DNA from: an uncultured Chloroflexia bacterium
Lineage (GTDB): Bacteria; Chloroflexota; Limnocylindria; Limnocylindrales; CSP1-4
DNA length: 64,000 nt
Assembly (NCBI GenBank): GCA_963833225.1
Contig: CAWHXD010000008.1
Coordinates: 512,001-576,000, forward strand
Reading direction: 5' to 3'
The translations under genes were made by a program, and so were the position numbers. Positions 50,394 through 59,139 of this stretch are shown in pieces (position 1 is the stretch's first letter; the number at the start of each line of letters is the position of its first letter). The notes under the pieces are model-generated. The model saw nothing but the letters and a program-made list of their open reading frames with translations. It searched no databases and was not told where the DNA came from.

Positions 50394-50660
50394 ATGACTA
50401 AGCGGTTGCAGGTTCTCGTCCCGGACACTGAGCTGCGCGATATCCAGCGCCTCGCCCGCCGCCGCCATCTGACGACGGCCGAGTGGGTGCGTCAGGCGCT
50501 GCGAGCCGCGCACCGGGCCGAGCTCGGCGCTTCGGCGGTTGACAAGCTCGCGGTCATTCGTCATGCGAGCGCCCATGCCTTCCCGGTCGGGGAGATCGAC
50601 TCGGTCCTGGCCGACATCGAGCGTGGCTACGCGGAGGCAGGGGTCGACGGGGAGTCGTGA
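50394..50660 (+). CDS. vapB: RHH-type antitoxin
   Basis: KRLQVL...T.AEWVRQAL RHH pattern. GTGA overlap with the PIN toxin. Confidence 0.8.
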   Translation: MTKRLQVLVPDTELRDIQRLARRRHLTTAEWVRQALRAAHRAELGASAVDKLAVIRHASAHAFPVGEIDSVLADIERGYAEAGVDGES

Positions 50661-51058
50661 CGGCCTTCGTCGACTCCAACATCCCGATGTACCTGGTCGG
50701 GGCTGAACATCCGAACAAGCACGCGGCCCGCGCGGCCTTGGAGCGTGCCGTTGCGGACGGCGAGCGCCTCGTGACCGATGCCGAGGTGATGCAGGAGATC
50801 CTCGATCGCTACACCGCGATCAACCGGCCTGCGGCCATCGACCCAGCGATCGAGGCCCTGCTTGGCGTGGTGGACGAGGTCGTTGCGATCGATCGTGAGC
50901 TGGTGCTCGCTGCGAGCCGCCTCGTTGCCCGGGTCGCGGGGCTATCTGCACGCGATGCGATCCATGTGGCGGTCATGCGCCGACACGGCATCGACGACAT
51001 CCTGACGTTCGATACCGGGTTCGATGTCGTGACCGGGCTCCGCCGCCGCCCTGCCTGA
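50657..51058 (+). CDS. vapC: PIN-domain toxin
   Basis: FVDSNI, QEI, SARDAIH and TFD.GFD motifs. Confidence 0.9.
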   Translation: MTAFVDSNIPMYLVGAEHPNKHAARAALERAVADGERLVTDAEVMQEILDRYTAINRPAAIDPAIEALLGVVDEVVAIDRELVLAASRLVARVAGLSARDAIHVAVMRRHGIDDILTFDTGFDVVTGLRRRPA

Positions 51059-51067
51059 CGGACCGAC

Positions 51068-52033
51068 TCAGGCCGTCGGGTTACGGATGAACAGGCGCAT
51101 CCGGCGCGGCGGGGGGTCGCGGCGCTCGCGGCCACGCCCCAGGCCGGCCAGCAACGCCAGGACCAGCAGGATCCACGGCGCCCCGCCCAGGAGGAGCTGT
51201 GCGACGACGCTCAGGAGGAGCTGTACGACGACGCTCAGCCAAGCGTCCTGCTGGCCCCCAAGGATGGGCAGGATCGAGACGAGGCGCGCCGCGATGAGCA
51301 CCACGCCCGCCAGCATCCCGATCGCCCAGGCGCGCCTCGGCCGTTGGCGAGCCTGGAACCCCACGAACAGCCGCACCGCCACGATGCACCACAGCACCGT
51401 GTCGACGGTGTACAGGAACAGGGCGGCGAGGTTCAGCCAGAACAACGGCTGCCCCAGCGCCGATCCCAACTCGTCGTCCTGGGGCAGGTAGAACGCTACG
51501 AGCCAAGCCCCCAGGATGACGCCCACCACGATGGCCGCTGCGAGCCGGGGCCTGCCGATGCGGGCACCGGCGTCGAGCATTCCGTCGGAGAGCGCCCAAA
51601 CCCCCGCGATCCCGATCACGCCCATACCCACCCTGAGCAGTCCAAGCGACAGCCCAACGGGCGACTCGAGGTCGAATGCGAGGTCGGTCGCCTCGAACAG
51701 CCACGTCTGCGCCAGCGTGACGGCGCCACCTCCGAGCACCTGCGTGGCGAGCAGCGCGGTCCCCCGGAGCAGCAGCGGCGTCCGCAGCCGCGCACCGGGC
51801 ACGCCCCACTCGAGCGCCGCGGGCAACGCGATGATCGAGGCGTCCGTGATGCTCCACCATGCGAGCCGCGCCACCTCGAGCCAGTTCCAGCTCCGGATGT
51901 CCCCCATGTCCAGAACGGGGCGTATCCCGTTCGCGAACCAGGCCGCGGCAACCACCAGCGAGACCCAGCCAACCCACGTGAGCGCCGAGAGGCTCGCTCC
52001 CGGGCCGCGCAGCTCGGGCGCCGGCACCCGCAT
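51068..52033 (-). CDS. Hypothetical multi-pass membrane protein
   Basis: About 8 hydrophobic helices. Short internal duplication LSVVVQLL/LSVVAQLL. Confidence 0.7.
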   Translation of the reverse strand: MRVPAPELRGPGASLSALTWVGWVSLVVAAAWFANGIRPVLDMGDIRSWNWLEVARLAWWSITDASIIALPAALEWGVPGARLRTPLLLRGTALLATQVLGGGAVTLAQTWLFEATDLAFDLESPVGLSLGLLRVGMGVIGIAGVWALSDGMLDAGARIGRPRLAAAIVVGVILGAWLVAFYLPQDDELGSALGQPLFWLNLAALFLYTVDTVLWCIVAVRLFVGFQARQRPRRAWAIGMLAGVVLIAARLVSILPILGGQQDAWLSVVVQLLLSVVAQLLLGGAPWILLVLALLAGLGRGRERRDPPPRRMRLFIRNPTA

Positions 52034-52120
52034 GGGACGCCGATGAACGATCGTGGCCACGCGGTCCCCTTCGATGACGGTGGACCTCGAGTGTAGGTCG
52101 CGACCGGCTGCCGATGGGAC

Positions 52121-54173
52121 CTATTCACCGCGCGGCGTCGCCACCGCCAGCGCGAACGGGAGCACGGGACCCGCGCCATGCTCGCGGAGGAGCGAACCCG
52201 GCCACGGTCAGCGTCCAGCGGGAGTCCACCAGGTCGTCCACGAGCAGGACTGGCCGCCGACGGACCGCCGCGGGGACCACCCCCAGCCGGGAGCGCGCGT
52301 TCGCCGCCTGCGTCGCGGAGTTGGCCATCGCGGACTGGGGCTTGCCATCGGCCGAGGTCAGACACGGCGCGAACGGGAGCGCCAACGCGCTCGCGAGCCG
52401 CCGCGCGAACGCCTCCACGGAGCCCGGACGGGCAGCGGACGGCACACACGTGACCCATTCCGGCATCGGGCTCGGACGCCATCGGCCGCGGATCACCTCC
52501 ATCGCCGCACCCGCGAGATGGTCCTCGAACCGCACATCCGGCCCGGGACCCGCCCGGAGCCCCCGGGCCACGTCCCTCCCCCACCCCGGGTCGCCCAGGA
52601 TGCACAGCGCCCGCCCGATCTCGTTGGGCTTCGCGATCTTGCCGCCCTCCGGCCACTGCCGCCGCGGGTCGATGGCCCGCACGTCCCGTCGGAGGTATGC
52701 GACCGCCTCCTGGACCAGCGCCGGCGACACGGACCGCGGCCAGCGGACCCCGCCGTCGTTCGCGCAGTGCCCGCAGTCGGCGGCCGAAGGATCGTTGAGC
52801 AGCCGGCCCAGGAACGCCATCCGGCAGCCATCGGTGTCGACGTAGTCGCGCATCGACGCCAGCTCCCGCCGCCGCGCCTCCAGCACGCCCGCCACCCACG
52901 CCTCGTCCTGCTCCCAGGGCTCAGCCGTCCGGACGAAGCGGCCGCGGTCGCGAGCCACCGCGCCGTCCACCTCGAGCAGCTTGAGCGCCTTCTCGATCTG
53001 GCCGTACGGCAGGTTCACCGATGCCTGGAGGGAGCGGATCGTGGCCGAGTCGGTCGCCTCGAGCGCCGCCAGGATCTCGCGCATCCGCGCCGCCGGCGGG
53101 AACGCCGTCGCGAGGAAGTACTCCGCGATCGCGTCGTCCTCGCGCCCCGACAGCAGGATCCCGAACGCGTTCTCCACCGCGCGCCCGGCCCGGCCCACCT
53201 GCTGGTAGTAGGCAATCGGCGACCCCGGCCGCTGGTAGTGGACGACGAACCCGAGGTCCGGCTTGTCGAAGCCCATGCCCAGGGCCACCGTGGCCACCAG
53301 CGCCTTGAGCCGGTTCGCCAGCAGGTCCTGCTCCAGCGCCTCGCGCTCGGCCGGGTCCATGTCCGCGTTGTACGGCTGGGCGTCGATCCCCTGCCCGCGC
53401 AGCCAGCCCGCCACCCGCTGCGTGTCCGCGACCGTGAGGCAGTAGACGATCCCGGCCCCGGGCATACCGGGCAGGTGCTCCGCGAGCCAGGCCAGGCGCT
53501 CCGCCTGGTCCCGGAGCGGGATCGCGTCGAGGTGGAGCGTGTCGCGCGCCAGCGGCCCCCGGATGACGGACACGTCATCACCCAGCTGGCGGGCCACGTC
53601 CTCGACCACGCGATCGTTCGCCGTCGCCGTCGTTCCGAGCACCGGCACGTCGGGGCCAAGCGACGGCAGGAGGCGGCCGATGCGGCGGTAGTCCGGCACG
53701 AACTCGTGGCCCCAGTCGCTGATGCAGTGCGCCTCGTCCACCACGAACATGCCGATCGAGCGCCGGATTCCGGGCAGGAGGCGGGCGTTGAAGTCCGCGT
53801 TCGCGAACCGCTGCGCGGACACGAACAGGACATCGATCCGGTCCGCCGCCAGGTCATCCTCGATCGAGGCCCAGTCATCGCGGTTGGCCGAGTTGATCGT
53901 CACCGCGCGCAGGCCCAGGCGGTCCGCCGCCTCGATCTGGTTGCGCATCAGCGAGAGGAGCGGGCTGACCACCAGCGTGGGGCCGTGTCCCTGGTCCCGG
54001 CGGACCCGGGTGGCGATCCAGTAGACCAGCGACTTCCCCCAGCCCGTGCGCTCCACCACCAGCGTCCGCGAGCCGTCGCGGACCACCGCCTCGATCGCCT
54101 GACGCTGGCCTTCGCGGAACGCCGCCCCGGGGCCGAACATCGTCTCGAGGTGGGCGCGGATGGCGTCGGTCAT
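52121..54173 (-). CDS. recQ: RecQ-family helicase with C-terminal PRTase/ComF-like domain (frameshift near 52199)
   Basis: RTGWGKS, VDEAHCISDWGH, TATA, LGMGFDKP, QQVGRAGR, Zn motif and LLVDDLVDSRWT. +1 correction gives GSLLREHGAGPVLPFALA with stop at 52121. Confidence 0.9.
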
Positions 54174-54272
54174 CGAAGGAGTATGCGGCCGACGCGGGTG
54201 GGGGCCGCTCCGCGGGTCCATGCATCCGCTCGGCCATCTTGCCAGCAACCCAGCATCCTGTATGCTCGGGCG

Positions 54273-54527
54273 ATGAAGGTGACCCTCGACATCGACGCAG
54301 ACCTGTACCGCTCGCTCAAGGTGGAGGCGGCTCGCACCGATCGGACCGTGCGCGAGATCGTGACCGACGCCATCTCGGACTGGCTCGAGAACCGCGAGGA
54401 GGCCGAGGATCGCGCGTCGGCGGCCGAAGCGCTGGAGGAGTACCGGCGGGACGGCGGGACCGCGGCGGAGGCCTTCTTCGAGCACCTGGCGGCCGAGACG
54501 AAGGCGACGTACGGGTCGGACGGTTGA
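54273..54527 (+). CDS. RHH-like antitoxin
   Basis: KVTLDID..LYR.LK..AA...T pattern upstream of RelE. TATGCT -10 box within an AGCAT-N5-ATGCT palindrome, 6 nt before ATG. Confidence 0.8.
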   Translation: MKVTLDIDADLYRSLKVEAARTDRTVREIVTDAISDWLENREEAEDRASAAEALEEYRRDGGTAAEAFFEHLAAETKATYGSDG

Positions 54528-54802
54528 AGCCGGGCGGTCCTCCGTACAGGGTGGACCTCTCCCCCGCCGCGGCCAGGCAGCTCCGCAGGCTGCCGCCCGG
54601 TGAAGCCGCGCGCCTCCGGGGACCGATCCTTGCCCTTGGCCTCGAGCCGCGACCACCGGGCGCCACGAAGCTCGTGGGGAGTGATTGGTGGCGGCTTCGC
54701 GTGGGCGACCTGCGCCTCATCTACGCGATCGATGACGAGCGGCACCTCGTGGTGATCCTCCGCGCGGCGCGCCGCAACGAGGGCACCTACCGGCGGCCGT
54801 AG
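54524..54802 (+). CDS. relE: RelE/ParE-family toxin
   Basis: Y.V...P.A.RQL..L, PRP.G..KL and WRLRVGD.R.IY motifs. TTG overlaps the antitoxin stop. Confidence 0.87.
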   Translation: MKPGGPPYRVDLSPAAARQLRRLPPGEAARLRGPILALGLEPRPPGATKLVGSDWWRLRVGDLRLIYAIDDERHLVVILRAARRNEGTYRRP

Positions 54803-54845
54803 CCAGGTTCGGCAACGCCCCGGCGGGCGACCCCCTCTGCCGCGG

Positions 54846-55223
54846 TCAGGCCCCGACGGTCTTCACGCCGTACCGGGCGAACACCGGGTCCCGGGTCACG
54901 ACGACCCCACCGACACGCTCGGCCTGGGCGACCAGCATCCGGTCGAACGGGTCGCGGTGATGCGGCTCGAGGCCACCCGCATGGACACCGTCGGCTGCCG
55001 TCACGGGAAGCTCGGCGAACCCGGCCGCTTCGATCGCCTCGACCAGGGTGGGCGGTGCTTCCAGCTTGCCAAGAGCCCGCTTGATCGAGATCTCCCACAC
55101 CGTCGCCGCACTGACCAACACGTCGTTCGCGGGGTCCGCGATACGCGTCCGCGCCTCCGTGCTCAGCCCGGCGTCATCCGCCAGCCACCAGAGCAGTGTG
55201 TGCGCGTCCAGCAGCAGCTTCAT
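54846..55223 (-). CDS. vapC: PIN-domain toxin
   Basis: LLDAH.LLW, WEI.IK, HRDPFDRML.AQA and TRD motifs. Confidence 0.92.
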   Translation of the reverse strand: MKLLLDAHTLLWWLADDAGLSTEARTRIADPANDVLVSAATVWEISIKRALGKLEAPPTLVEAIEAAGFAELPVTAADGVHAGGLEPHHRDPFDRMLVAQAERVGGVVVTRDPVFARYGVKTVGA

Positions 55224-55459
55224 GCCTCGAACGCATCGAGCAGGTCAGGCGGCGTCTCATCGAAGTCCGGAGCGATGCGGACGAACCCCCGCCACAGCCC
55301 CGGCTCCCGGCGCCGTGTCCGCGCTGCGAGCGGCACGAGCCGCGCCACCGGTCGGCCGGCACGGGCGATGAGGATCTCCTCGCCCGCCTCCGCTCGCTCG
55401 ACGAGGCGCGACAGGTGGGTCTTCGCCTCGTGCATGTTCACGAGGTCCGGCATGGGCAT
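55220..55459 (-). CDS. Phd/YefM-family antitoxin
   Basis: NMHEAKTHLSRLV...GEEI.IAR.G.PVARLVP. Start at 55459 or 55453. Confidence 0.9.
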   Translation of the reverse strand: MPMPDLVNMHEAKTHLSRLVERAEAGEEILIARAGRPVARLVPLAARTRRREPGLWRGFVRIAPDFDETPPDLLDAFEA

Positions 55460-55478
55460 CGACTCCCGACTGGCGGTG

Positions 55479-55502
55479 GACTTAGTCCGACTTAGTCTAG
55501 TC
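55479..55502. promoter_or_regulatory. Tandem palindromic operator for the Phd-VapC module
   Basis: GACTTAGTC twice (55479-55487, 55489-55497), overlapping a minus-strand TAGACT -10-like box. Confidence 0.6.
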
Positions 55503-55577
55503 ACATGCACTGCCGTTGGCAAGACTGGACGAGGCGGGATCAGGCGGAGAGCCCGGGCTGGGAGAGGCGAGCGGCCG

Positions 55578-55739
55578 CTATCTACGCCCAATCCCGGATT
55601 GTGCCGCTCCGATCGCGGCTCCAATGACGACTCCCACGCCGATCCCGACTCCCGCGTTGTCGGTCGCAACTCCCATGGCCGCACCGATCACGATGCCCAT
55701 GGCCACCCAGATCCCCATGACCTTCGATCGCTTGTCCAT
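55578..55739 (-). CDS. 53-aa glycine-zipper membrane protein (not in ORF track)
   Basis: MDKRSKVMGIWVAMGIVIGAAMGVATDNAGVGIGVGVVIGAAIGAAQSGIGRR. TATGCT -10 box 7 nt before ATG. Confidence 0.7.
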   Translation of the reverse strand: MDKRSKVMGIWVAMGIVIGAAMGVATDNAGVGIGVGVVIGAAIGAAQSGIGRR

Positions 55740-55803
55740 GAGGGGGAGCATACGTCCGGTCCGCCGGGCGCCGGCATCGCGCCGGCGCTACACGACCTGC
55801 GGC

Positions 55804-56736
55804 TCAGCCGCTGCCCGTGATCCGGTCCCAGGCCTCCTGCATCAGCTGCGGCGTGGCGGTGCCCGGGATGTGGGATGAGCCGTTGGCGAGCCGGTCGATG
55901 CGATCGTCGCCCTCCATCGCGTGCATCGACTCCTCGGGCGTGTGCCAGCCCGAGAGGTCCCGCGCCTGGCGCGTCACGCGCATCATCCGGCGGAAGATCG
56001 TCCTGTCCGGCTCGGTACCCCACTTCGCTTCCTGGGCCTCGTTGGTCGGCTGGTCGCCCTCCGGGCGCATCGGCGCCGGGAGCCGGCGCTTGAACGCCGC
56101 CCAGGCCGCCGCCTGCGCCTGCTCCACCGTGGCGCCCGTGAAGTCGTCGCCCGCCGCCATCGCGTTGATGACCGACTCCACGCGACCCCTCGTCATCTCC
56201 CACGCGCGGTCGGTGTCGGCCACGTGCTCGTTCTCGCCCACGAGCAGCTTCGCCGACCAGTCCTCGGTCACCTCCAGGATCTGGTTCCCGCGACCGTACT
56301 TGCCAATGCGATGGCGGCCCGGCGCCGGCCACCAGACCTCGTGGTGCGGCGGGGTGAGGTGGACGCTCCCGGGCTTCACGTGCCATGTCGTGTCCACCTG
56401 CTCCGTGTGCGCGATGCGGAACAGCGGCGCATCGGCCCCATAGCTGGTGCGCGTCAGGCCGCGGTTGCCGGGCCCGCTCGCGTCCATCAGGGCTCGGAGG
56501 CCGCCGGGCGGCGGCTGCTGGCGGTCCGTCCGGGTGAAGCCCAGGAGCTGGGCCGTGGCCGCGTTGCCCGCCGAGGCCTGGAGGTCCGCCGCGAGCCCGA
56601 TCCGCGACCCGAGGTCAAGGTCCGACGCGGCTCCGGCGCGGGCCGCCAGACTCGCGGGTACAGGGCGCGGCGAACGATGGGCGCCGGCCAGCGGCTCCTG
56701 GGCGTCGAGACGCCGAGCGCGGGTGCTACCGCGCAT
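55804..56736 (-). CDS. Hypothetical protein with LQxxAGNxA motif
   Basis: About 310-aa ORF with normal codon usage and N-terminal LQASAGNAATAQLL. Start uncertain (56736 or 56763). Confidence 0.65.
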   Translation of the reverse strand: MRGSTRARRLDAQEPLAGAHRSPRPVPASLAARAGAASDLDLGSRIGLAADLQASAGNAATAQLLGFTRTDRQQPPPGGLRALMDASGPGNRGLTRTSYGADAPLFRIAHTEQVDTTWHVKPGSVHLTPPHHEVWWPAPGRHRIGKYGRGNQILEVTEDWSAKLLVGENEHVADTDRAWEMTRGRVESVINAMAAGDDFTGATVEQAQAAAWAAFKRRLPAPMRPEGDQPTNEAQEAKWGTEPDRTIFRRMMRVTRQARDLSGWHTPEESMHAMEGDDRIDRLANGSSHIPGTATPQLMQEAWDRITGSG

Positions 56737-56797
56737 CACGTCGGAGTCGTTCGAGGGCGACAACGACGTCGTCGTCGAGCGTCACGGTCCTTCTCAT
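56726..56797 (-). pseudogene. Truncated CopG/VapB-type antitoxin relic
   Basis: MRRTVTLDDDVVVALERLRRDAR-stop, coupled (TGATG) to the DUF2442 gene. Confidence 0.55.
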
Positions 56798-57126
56798 CAG
56801 TGCGCCCGGTCCCAGGACTGGCGCCGATCGACCGGAGGCCGGGGCCGCAGGACGGCGGCAGGTCGTCGGTCTTGCTCGTCCGTCGGGGTTGGACCGTCCC
56901 AGATCAGCGTTTCCGGGGCGATGTCGAGCTCGCCCGGCCACACGAGCGTCCCGTATTCGACCCTGACCTGGGCGAATAGGTCGTCGTCCCGAGCAAGCTG
57001 CCCCAGGAGCGGACCATCCAGCAGCGCGGACAGGTCGCGTTCGACCTCCGTCCCGTCTGAGAGGGTGAGGCGAACGCGTCGGCCGTGGATCGGCTGAACG
57101 GCGCGGATCTCGATCATGTGCGTCAT
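56797..57126 (-). CDS. DUF2442-family protein (DhiA-like antitoxin)
   Basis: L.LSDG.....DL, F.QV.V..GTL.WP..LDIAPETL pattern. Confidence 0.85.
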   Translation of the reverse strand: MTHMIEIRAVQPIHGRRVRLTLSDGTEVERDLSALLDGPLLGQLARDDDLFAQVRVEYGTLVWPGELDIAPETLIWDGPTPTDEQDRRPAAVLRPRPPVDRRQSWDRAH

Positions 57127-57127
57127 G

Positions 57128-57385
57128 CTACTCAAGCGGTGCAATCGGCTCCAGCGGCAACTGGTCCCGTGCCCGCTGCCAGTCGTCCGTCAGTGCGCTA
57201 CGGTGGAGCTCCGCCCAGGATCGAACAAGGGCCAGCGCTCGGGGCGGCAATAGACCAGCCAGGAGCATTCCGTCGACGGTGATCGACGCACGATCCTCGC
57301 CGTACCGCGCGAGGAAGTGCGGCGGCGGATGGTCGTCATAATTGGTGGTGATCACGATCCCGTAGAAACGGGCGACTTCCGGCAC
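57128..57385 (-). CDS. DUF4160-family protein (DhiT-like toxin)
   Basis: P.VARFYGIVI...DH.PPHF, G.LP.RAL.LV..WA..H...L..DW and IAPL motifs. Confidence 0.88.
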   Translation of the reverse strand: MPEVARFYGIVITTNYDDHPPPHFLARYGEDRASITVDGMLLAGLLPPRALALVRSWAELHRSALTDDWQRARDQLPLEPIAPLE

Positions 57386-57442
57386 GGTGGCCACGGTAGA
57401 GGCCGTCGCTCACCTGCCGCTTGCCAGCGCCTCCTGCCGAGA

Positions 57443-58306
57443 TCAGTCTCCCGCGACCAGCCGCTCCACGTCCCCGCCCACGTTGTCGATCCGGTACAGG
57501 CGCGTCTGCGGGTGGAGCATCGAGCGCAGCTCATCGCTGACCTCGGGTGATCCCCGATCGATTCCCTCCGCGAGGAGCTCCACCGGGAGCACGTGCCCAA
57601 ACCCGTCCTCGATCCCCAGGTCCAGGCGGTCCCATCGATAGCTCCCGGCCACGCGGAAGACCGACAGCTTGCCCCACACCGGCAGGTGCGGCGCCAGGAC
57701 GAGATCGTCGACCTGGACGCCGTCCGGCTCGGCTGTCCGCATCCGGAGCGACCGCCGGGCGAGCTGCTGCTCGTCACTGAGCGGCTTGTCGCGGCGGATC
57801 CGCTCGGCGATCACGTCGAGGTCCTGGCTGTCGTCCCAGCCCCAGCCCTGGCGCAGGTTGCCCTTCGCCGCCTCCGACCAGATCAGCTCCCGGCGCCCGG
57901 GGCTCGTGCGCATCACCCAGTAGTGCCGACCCGTGACCCCCGGCAGCCCGTGGATCTTCCTGGCAAGGGTGACCGACTGTGGTCGCTTCGTCGCTCGCCC
58001 GCCCCTCGACACCACCCCCAGGCCCTGGAGCGCGACATCGATGTCGCCCCCGACCCCCGGTGCCAGGTCCTCGCGATCCACCGCCTTGAGCTCCGCCACG
58101 ACGGCATCCCGGTTCTCGGCGTCGCGCCCGATCCGCTCCAGCACGCGCACCGCGAACGCCGCGAGCCGCGGGTCCGCCAGCCAGTCGGTCAGCTCATCGA
58201 TCGCGGCCTCCCCGTGGGCGGCGATCGAGTCGCGGAGCTCGATGCGATCGAGCGGGTCGGCGGTGCGCGCGCGTTCAAGCAGCTGGTCGAGAGCGGAGGA
58301 GTCCAT
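57443..58306 (-). CDS. Hypothetical protein: helical N-terminus plus EVE/PUA-like C-terminal domain
   Basis: C-terminal HYWVMRT...LRQGWGW..SQDL...DLVLAP...Y.W...GH.LPV resembles DNA-recognition domains of Mrr-type restriction proteins. Confidence 0.6.
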   Translation of the reverse strand: MDSSALDQLLERARTADPLDRIELRDSIAAHGEAAIDELTDWLADPRLAAFAVRVLERIGRDAENRDAVVAELKAVDREDLAPGVGGDIDVALQGLGVVSRGGRATKRPQSVTLARKIHGLPGVTGRHYWVMRTSPGRRELIWSEAAKGNLRQGWGWDDSQDLDVIAERIRRDKPLSDEQQLARRSLRMRTAEPDGVQVDDLVLAPHLPVWGKLSVFRVAGSYRWDRLDLGIEDGFGHVLPVELLAEGIDRGSPEVSDELRSMLHPQTRLYRIDNVGGDVERLVAGD

Positions 58307-58692
58307 GTGACAAGTATCTACCTGCACGGAGGCGGGTGCTGAGGGCGACGCCGCCTTGTTGCGGTCTGCGGGCTACCGGCCGGGTCCGGCGCAAGTCATC
58401 GGTGAGAGCGCCACCCTGCCGTGGGCCTTGGCGTCGCCGCTCATGTCGAACACGCTGGGACCACACCCTTCTGACCGCTCGGCTCAGCCGGCGTGAGGAG
58501 TCTCACTCCAATCCCACCACTCGCGGGGACGCTCCTGCCTGCGGTCGACGTGCGCACTCGGTTCGAGTCAGCCGGTCGGCCAGGGAAGCCCTGATGGCCA
58601 TTGACAGACGCTCGATCCTCGCCCAACCGCGCTGCAAGCGAGACGGGGGTGACCCAAACGAGCGTAATCCGCGCTTCCCGGACTATGTACCG

Positions 58693-59139
58693 CTACAGGC
58701 TCGCCTTGCGTCGTCTTTGGGCGATCTCGAAGGCCAAGGCGCCGGCACGGACCGTCGCGTGGGGACGGATCTCGTGTTCCCAGATGATGATCGTCTCGAT
58801 TCCAAGTCTCTCGAGCTCCGCTTCGGCGCGACGGTCTCGCTCAAGGTTCTCCTCGAACTTCTGTCGCCAGAACTCAGCGTTCGCCTTAGGCTCGGGGAGA
58901 CGACACATCGAACACCGATGCCAGAAGCAACCATGGAGGAAGACGGCGAGGTGGAGGCGTGGGAAGTACATGTCCGGTCGACCGGGAAGTCGAGGTTGCA
59001 CACGGTAGCCGCGAATTCCGGCAGCCCATGCCGCCCTACGAAATCCAAGTTCCTGACGTGAGGTGGATCGGGTAGCGCGCATGGTTGCCAACGCGTTGGC
59101 TGAGCTTGGAGCGGGCCGTGCCCTACCCGATGACATCAT
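58693..59139 (-). CDS. vsr: Very-short-patch repair endonuclease
   Basis: LPGRPD, FLHGCFWHRC, N.EFW..K..N.ERD and IWEH motifs. Confidence 0.92.
   Translation of the reverse strand: MMSSGRARPAPSSANALATMRATRSTSRQELGFRRAAWAAGIRGYRVQPRLPGRPDMYFPRLHLAVFLHGCFWHRCSMCRLPEPKANAEFWRQKFEENLERDRRAEAELERLGIETIIIWEHEIRPHATVRAGALAFEIAQRRRKASL

Noticed and set aside
58330-58690. ORFs in the gap before vsr (58336-59061, 58441-58626)
   Set aside because: No motifs, atypical codon usage, or antisense to vsr. Probably the island boundary.
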